A DNA stretch of 64,000 bases from NCBI GenBank assembly GCA_034520885.1, contig JAXHNE010000004.1, positions 9,983-73,982 of the forward strand, given 5' to 3'. Made by a program: the position numbers and the translations under genes. Numbering within the stretch: position 1 is the stretch's first letter; each line of letters begins with the position of its first letter. Under the pieces are notes generated by a model, which saw nothing but the letters and a program-made list of their open reading frames with translations, did no database searches and was not told where the DNA came from. This document shows, piece after piece, positions 59,559 to 64,000 of this stretch. The stretch is from Candidatus Saccharimonadota bacterium. GTDB lineage: Bacteria; Patescibacteriota; Saccharimonadia; Saccharimonadales; JAXHNE01.

Positions 59559-62360
59559 ATGGGACAAACAACAATCCTGGGCCGCAGGCGCTTCTTTACG
59601 GCCCCCAAAGAAAAGGCTTACGACAAGCTGTCATGGAAAGAAGTCGACTCCGTTTTAAAAAATCCGATGACCGGAGAGGTCGTCTTCGAACAAAAGGGAG
59701 TGGAATTTCCCGAAGGCTGGTCGGTTAATGCGATTAATATCGTTTCGCAAAAATACTTTACCGGTACGCCGGGCAACGAAGATCGCGAAGCATCTTTAAG
59801 GGATCTCATTGACCGCGTAGTGGATACCATTGCTCGCCACGGGATACAAGAAGGCTACTTTGAAGATGAAAAAGAACAAGAAGATTTTACGGAAGAGTTA
59901 AAATACATTCTGGCCACTCAACGCGCGGCGTTTAACTCGCCCGTGTGGTTTAACATTGGTGCGCCGGGCCGATCACAACAGGCCAGTGCGTGCTTTATTT
60001 TGGCGGTGGAAGACACTATGCCCTCAATCCTGAACTGGTACCGCGAAGAAGGCATGATCTTTAAGGGCGGTTCCGGTTCGGGCATTAATGTGAGCTCTAT
60101 ACGGTCTTCGTCGGAAGCGCTGGGTAAAAGTTCCGGCCAAGCCTCCGGGCCATTAAGCTTTATGCGTGGCGCGGATAGTTCCGCCGGCGCCATTAAAAGT
60201 GGCGGTAAAACCCGCCGCGCGGCCAAGATGGTGATCTTAAACGCTGATCACCCGGACGTAGAGGAGTTCGTGTGGTGCAAAGCCATTGAAGAACGCAAAG
60301 CTCGCGTCTTGGAAGAAGCCGGGTTTGACATGAGCTTGGACGGTAAGGACATCCACTCCGTCCAGTACCAGAACGCCAACAACTCGATACGGGTGACGGA
60401 CGAATTCATGAAAGCCGTAGAAAACGATGAAGACTGGGACTTAAAAGCCGTTAAAACCGGTAAGCCGGTAAAAACCATCAAAGCCCGTGATTTGTTTACG
60501 CAGATTTCCAAGTCCGCCTGGGAGTGTGCCGATCCGGGCATGCAATTCGACACCACTATTAACAAGTGGCATACCGCGCCGAATGCCGGGCGCATAAACG
60601 GCAGCAATCCGTGCAGTGAATACATGCACTTGGATAATTCGGCCTGTAATCTCGCTTCGCTTAACCTTTTGAAGTTTTTGGACGAAAACAACACCTTTGA
60701 TATCGAGGCCTTTAAGCACACCGTGGAACTTATCTTTACCGCCCAGGAAATTTTGGTGGGCTACAGTGAATATCCGACCGAGTCGATAACCAAGAACGCC
60801 AAAGCTTACCGAGAACTGGGCATCGGGTACGCCAACCTTGGCGCGCTTTTAATGGCCCAGGGCTTGCCGTACGATTCCGAGGAAGGTCGTGCCAAAGCCG
60901 CGGCGATTACCGCTTTGCTTACCGGCCACTCTTACGCCACGAGCGCGAAAATAGCCAATCGCGTCGGACCGTTTGCCGGGTTCCACAAAGATCGTAAAGG
61001 CATGCTCAAGGTGCTCAAAATGCACCGTGAAGAGGTTTCCAATATTGACGCTAAATTGGTACCGGAAGAACTGCTAAGCGCCGCGGCCGGTGCGTGGGAC
61101 GAGGCGGTAGAACTGGGTACTTTGTACGGAGTGCGCAACTCCCAGGCCAGCGTGCTGGCACCGACCGGGACGATCGGCCTGATGATGGACTGTGATACGA
61201 CCGGTATCGAGCCTGATCTCGGCTTGGTTAAGGTGAAGAAACTCGTTGGTGGCGGCACCATGAACATCGTTAACCAGACCGTGCCACGCGCCCTGGAGTC
61301 TTTGGGCTACAGCAAAAAGCAATCCAAGGAAATCGTTGACTATATTGACGAAGAAAAAACCATCTTCGGCGCTCCGCATCTGAAAAAAGAACACCAAGCG
61401 GTATTCGCGTGCTCCATGGGTGATAATGCCATTCACTATCGTGGGCACGTAAAGATGATGGGCGCGGTGCAACCGTTCCTTTCCGGAGCTATCAGTAAAA
61501 CGGTGAATATGCCGGAAGAAGCCAGCGTGGAAGACGTGGAACAGCTGCATATGGAAGCCTGGAAATTGGGACTCAAGGCAGTGGCAATCTACCGTGATAA
61601 CTGTAAAGTCGCCCAGCCACTCTCCATGGCCAAAAAAGAAGGCAGTGAAAAAGAGAAAGAAAAAGACGCGGCGGTAGAAACCGGTGCCCGCCTAACGGAT
61701 AGCGACAAAGTCGTCTTAAAGGGTGCCGTCCGTACGCGTTTACCGAAAGTCCGCAACTCCAAAACCTTCTCTTTCCAAGTTGCCTCCACGCACGGCTATA
61801 TGACCGTTGGCGAGTATGAAGACGGAAAACCCGGTGAGATTTTCGTGAACGTCAACAAACAAGGGTCAACCATGCGTGGTATTCTGGATGCCTTCGCGAT
61901 TAGTGTAAGCCATGGCTTACAATTCGGCGTACCGCTAAAAGATTATGTGCGGTCGATGCTTAATACTTCATTCGCGCCCGCCGGAATCACGGATGACCCC
62001 GATGTGCGCACCGCTTCGTCCATTGTTGACTACCTCGGAAAAAGGCTAGCGTTAACTTATCTTTCCTTCGATGATCGTCTGGAACTGGGGTTGGCAAGCA
62101 TTGATGACATGCCGGAATCGCAGACCAGCTTGTTAAGCGAGGAGATGCCGGAAGAAGAATCGGTTTCAACCGAAGAAGTCACGACCAGCGTCGTAGAGAT
62201 GAAATCGCAAGAGGAAGCGTCCGAACCGGCGAATCCATCATCTTCGGAAAAACCAAAAGAAGACACCGCGCCACTATGTTTTAATTGTGGGAATCAGACG
62301 CAGCGGTCTGGTAGCTGTTATGTCTGTACATCCTGCGGTAGCACCACTGGCTGCTCCTGA
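59559..62360 (+). CDS. nrdJ: class II (adenosylcobalamin-dependent) ribonucleotide reductase NrdJ with C-terminal zinc-finger
   Basis: EKAYDKLSWKEVDSVLKNPMTGEVVFEQKGVEFPEGWSVNAINIVSQKYF, NPCSEYMHLDNSACNLASLNL (catalytic Cys/Asn/Glu region). C-terminal zinc finger: CFNCGNQTQRSGSCYVCTSCGSTTGC. Confidence 0.9.
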   Translation: MGQTTILGRRRFFTAPKEKAYDKLSWKEVDSVLKNPMTGEVVFEQKGVEFPEGWSVNAINIVSQKYFTGTPGNEDREASLRDLIDRVVDTIARHGIQEGYFEDEKEQEDFTEELKYILATQRAAFNSPVWFNIGAPGRSQQASACFILAVEDTMPSILNWYREEGMIFKGGSGSGINVSSIRSSSEALGKSSGQASGPLSFMRGADSSAGAIKSGGKTRRAAKMVILNADHPDVEEFVWCKAIEERKARVLEEAGFDMSLDGKDIHSVQYQNANNSIRVTDEFMKAVENDEDWDLKAVKTGKPVKTIKARDLFTQISKSAWECADPGMQFDTTINKWHTAPNAGRINGSNPCSEYMHLDNSACNLASLNLLKFLDENNTFDIEAFKHTVELIFTAQEILVGYSEYPTESITKNAKAYRELGIGYANLGALLMAQGLPYDSEEGRAKAAAITALLTGHSYATSAKIANRVGPFAGFHKDRKGMLKVLKMHREEVSNIDAKLVPEELLSAAAGAWDEAVELGTLYGVRNSQASVLAPTGTIGLMMDCDTTGIEPDLGLVKVKKLVGGGTMNIVNQTVPRALESLGYSKKQSKEIVDYIDEEKTIFGAPHLKKEHQAVFACSMGDNAIHYRGHVKMMGAVQPFLSGAISKTVNMPEEASVEDVEQLHMEAWKLGLKAVAIYRDNCKVAQPLSMAKKEGSEKEKEKDAAVETGARLTDSDKVVLKGAVRTRLPKVRNSKTFSFQVASTHGYMTVGEYEDGKPGEIFVNVNKQGSTMRGILDAFAISVSHGLQFGVPLKDYVRSMLNTSFAPAGITDDPDVRTASSIVDYLGKRLALTYLSFDDRLELGLASIDDMPESQTSLLSEEMPEEESVSTEEVTTSVVEMKSQEEASEPANPSSSEKPKEDTAPLCFNCGNQTQRSGSCYVCTSCGSTTGCS

Positions 62361-62790
62361 CATTTCTGGCACGAACAGCCTAACGAGCAAAGCTCGTCAG
62401 TGCTGCTCGTTACGGCGCAGATCGAAGAGTTTTTCCTGCGATACTCACAAGAGGTACGAGGTAGTACCTCTTGCTGTGTTTCTCAAAAAGAACTTCCAAT
62501 CTGCATCCGTCCAGAAGTGTCAGGCGAGGCGAATTGTTCTGGCTGCTCCTGACAGGCAATCACCACCAACGGCTGAAACCAGGCAAAAGCCCGGTTTTGC
62601 CGTTGGTTCTCAGGCTATTTTGAATGTTTTAGCTGTGAGGCGCAGTCACCGTACCAATAAGGTACGCCTCCTTTGCGCTTCTCGCTAAGAACATCCAAAA
62701 TATCTCTGAGTGATAGCCTGTCAGTGTCAAAGTACTCCGTATCAGCATATTCACTAGAATCGAGCGTCTAAAACCTATACACTACGTAGT

Positions 62791-63051
62791 ATGAAAATGG
62801 TTATTCTTTATCATCCGGTATCGGAACAGGCGCGAAAAGTCGAGGAGTTCGCACGTGATTTTGAACGAACACAGCACGTAAAACCGGAATTAGTGAGCCT
62901 GGAAACCAAAGAGGGCGCTGATCTTGCCCGAGTATACGACGCGGTGCAATACCCGGCGATTATCGTGACTCGGGACGACGGGTCGCATATGAAGCAGTGG
63001 GAGGGCGAAAAATTGCCACTCATGGATGAAGTTGCCGCGCGCCTTCGCTAG
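62791..63051 (+). CDS. small hypothetical protein (possible thioredoxin-like fold without CxxC)
   Basis: 86 aa: MKMVILYHPVSEQ...PAIIVTRDDGS. There are no cysteines, so the function is unclear. Confidence 0.3.
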   Translation: MKMVILYHPVSEQARKVEEFARDFERTQHVKPELVSLETKEGADLARVYDAVQYPAIIVTRDDGSHMKQWEGEKLPLMDEVAARLR

Positions 63052-63119
63052 TGCTACACTTACAGTGTTAACAAGAGAGCAAATCCGTTTACTCGCCTGA
63101 ATTTTCAAAGAAACTTTGG

Positions 63120-63285
63120 CGAGCGAGAGCAGCTATCACCTGCAAGCCGTACGTGGCACGGAGCGAGAAGAACGTTGAAAGGCCAGTAGACCTCGCCGGT
63201 AAGAAGTGACCGTGATCACTGTAAGTAAGTCCCTGTCAGGATGGTACCGCTTTGGGTTACCCGAGCTCCTGAAATAAAGGGGCTT
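63120..63285 (+). promoter_or_regulatory. candidate T-box leader (Ile specifier ATC) with terminator upstream of ileS
   Basis: gcgagagcagctATCAcc (AGAGA-like motif and ATC followed by a purine). T-box-like caggATGGTACCGCtttGGG at 63226-63247. The terminator agctcc tgaaataaa ggggct tttttatttt at 63254-63283 overlaps it. Confidence 0.45.
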
Positions 63286-63304
63286 TTTATTTTCTAAAAG
63301 GAAA

Positions 63305-64000
63305 GTAAGTAAGCATGGGAAAGACATTCCACAAAAACAGTCGGCGCCGCGCCGAAGAATACGAAGAAGACCTTATTGCTCATTGGAAGAAAAATGGAAC
63401 ATTTGAAAAATCCATCAAGCAACGGGAAGGCGCGGACAACTTCGTGTTTTATGACGGGCCGCCGTTTTTAACCGGCACCCCGCATCACGGTCATTTATTA
63501 ATATCCGCCGTGAAAGACGCGGTCGGTCGTTTCCAAACCATGAAAGGCAAGAAGGTGGAGCGGCGTTGGGGCTGGGACTGCCATGGGCTGCCAGCGGAAG
63601 TGTTCGTAGAAAAACAACTCGGCATCAATAACAAGCAAGAGATCGGCACTAAGATTAGTGTGCACGATTACGTAAAAGCTTGCCGTGCGGCCATGGTGAA
63701 AACCGGTACGCAATGGGAGGACGCCATTGATCGGATTGGTCGCTGGGTGGAGTTCGAGGGTGCCTACAAAACTATGGATACCGAATACATGGAAAGTGTT
63801 TGGTGGGCTTTTAAAACTCTGTATGAAAAAGGGAGCATTTACGAGGGCGAAAAGATTTTAGTGTACTGCACGAAGGACGCTACGCCGATCTCTAAGTCCG
63901 AAGTGGCCATGGAGAATAGCTACAAAGAGATTACCGATCCCAGCGTATTCGTTTATTTCCAATTGGAAGACAGTGATGAATATATCTTGGCGTGGACGAC
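63305..64000 (+). CDS. ileS: isoleucyl-tRNA synthetase, 5' part (runs off window)
   Basis: MGKTFHKNSRRRAEEYEEDLIAHWKK...FVFYDGPPFLTGTPHHGHLL (HIGH motif)...WGWDCHGLPAE. No stop occurs before the window end. Confidence 0.9.

Overview
This 64 kb window looks like a streamlined Patescibacteria/CPR-type genome (possibly Saccharibacteria-like) at about 50% GC. The evidence is a ThrRS lacking its N-terminal TGS domain, a four-domain S1, a short IF-2, a self-splicing-type intron with a LAGLIDADG ORF in the 16S gene, many rRNA expansion insertions, and an LPXTG surface protein. The core genes are syntenic and confidently called: thrS, an Atl-MiaA fusion ORF, rpmB, tRNA-Pro, a type-A RNase P RNA, the infC-rpmI-rplT operon, comM, gyrB-gyrA, rpsA, infB, fmt-def, priA, rpsU, yqeY-adk-map, ftsA-ftsZ, nrdR-nrdJ and the 5' part of ileS. 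Three regions stand out. (1) The rRNA locus is split. A promoter-driven 16S gene carries two AT-rich insertions in V1/V2 and an ~824 nt intron with a LAGLIDADG homing-endonuclease ORF, and ends at its own terminator. About 11.5 kb of protein-coding DNA follows, then a tRNA-Ala/tRNA-Ile pair on the opposite strand. A second promoter then drives a 23S-5S unit; the 23S is interrupted by a ~307 nt insertion carrying a GIY-YIG ORF between perfect inverted repeats and contains several repeat-rich expansion segments. (2) The 11.5 kb insert is an island of hypothetical genes. It holds two tandem phage-tail-fibre-like genes whose first 238 bp (RBS plus 74 codons) are identical while their C-termini differ completely. 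Each has an overlapping downstream partner gene. A membrane-anchored right-handed beta-helix (tailspike/pectate-lyase-like) protein, a Zn-ribbon/DUF4145-like gene and an AbrB-like/NUDIX gene pair sit nearby. No capsid, terminase, integrase or reverse transcriptase is present. (3) At 11.9-17.6 kb, next to a 1.2 kb AT-rich non-coding stretch, a 978 aa VirB4/VirD4-like type IV secretion ATPase is convergent with a coiled-coil membrane protein. That protein is followed by an LPXTG-anchored protein with a poly-proline tract, four ECDVCP Cys repeats and a DUF11-like domain. Smaller observations are a PCD(DCoH)-RNase HI fusion, a frameshifted ROK kinase, a candidate T-box leader before ileS, a 38 bp perfect palindrome and a candidate small RNA. 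All calls rest on reading the sequence and translated ORFs by eye; no database searches were run.
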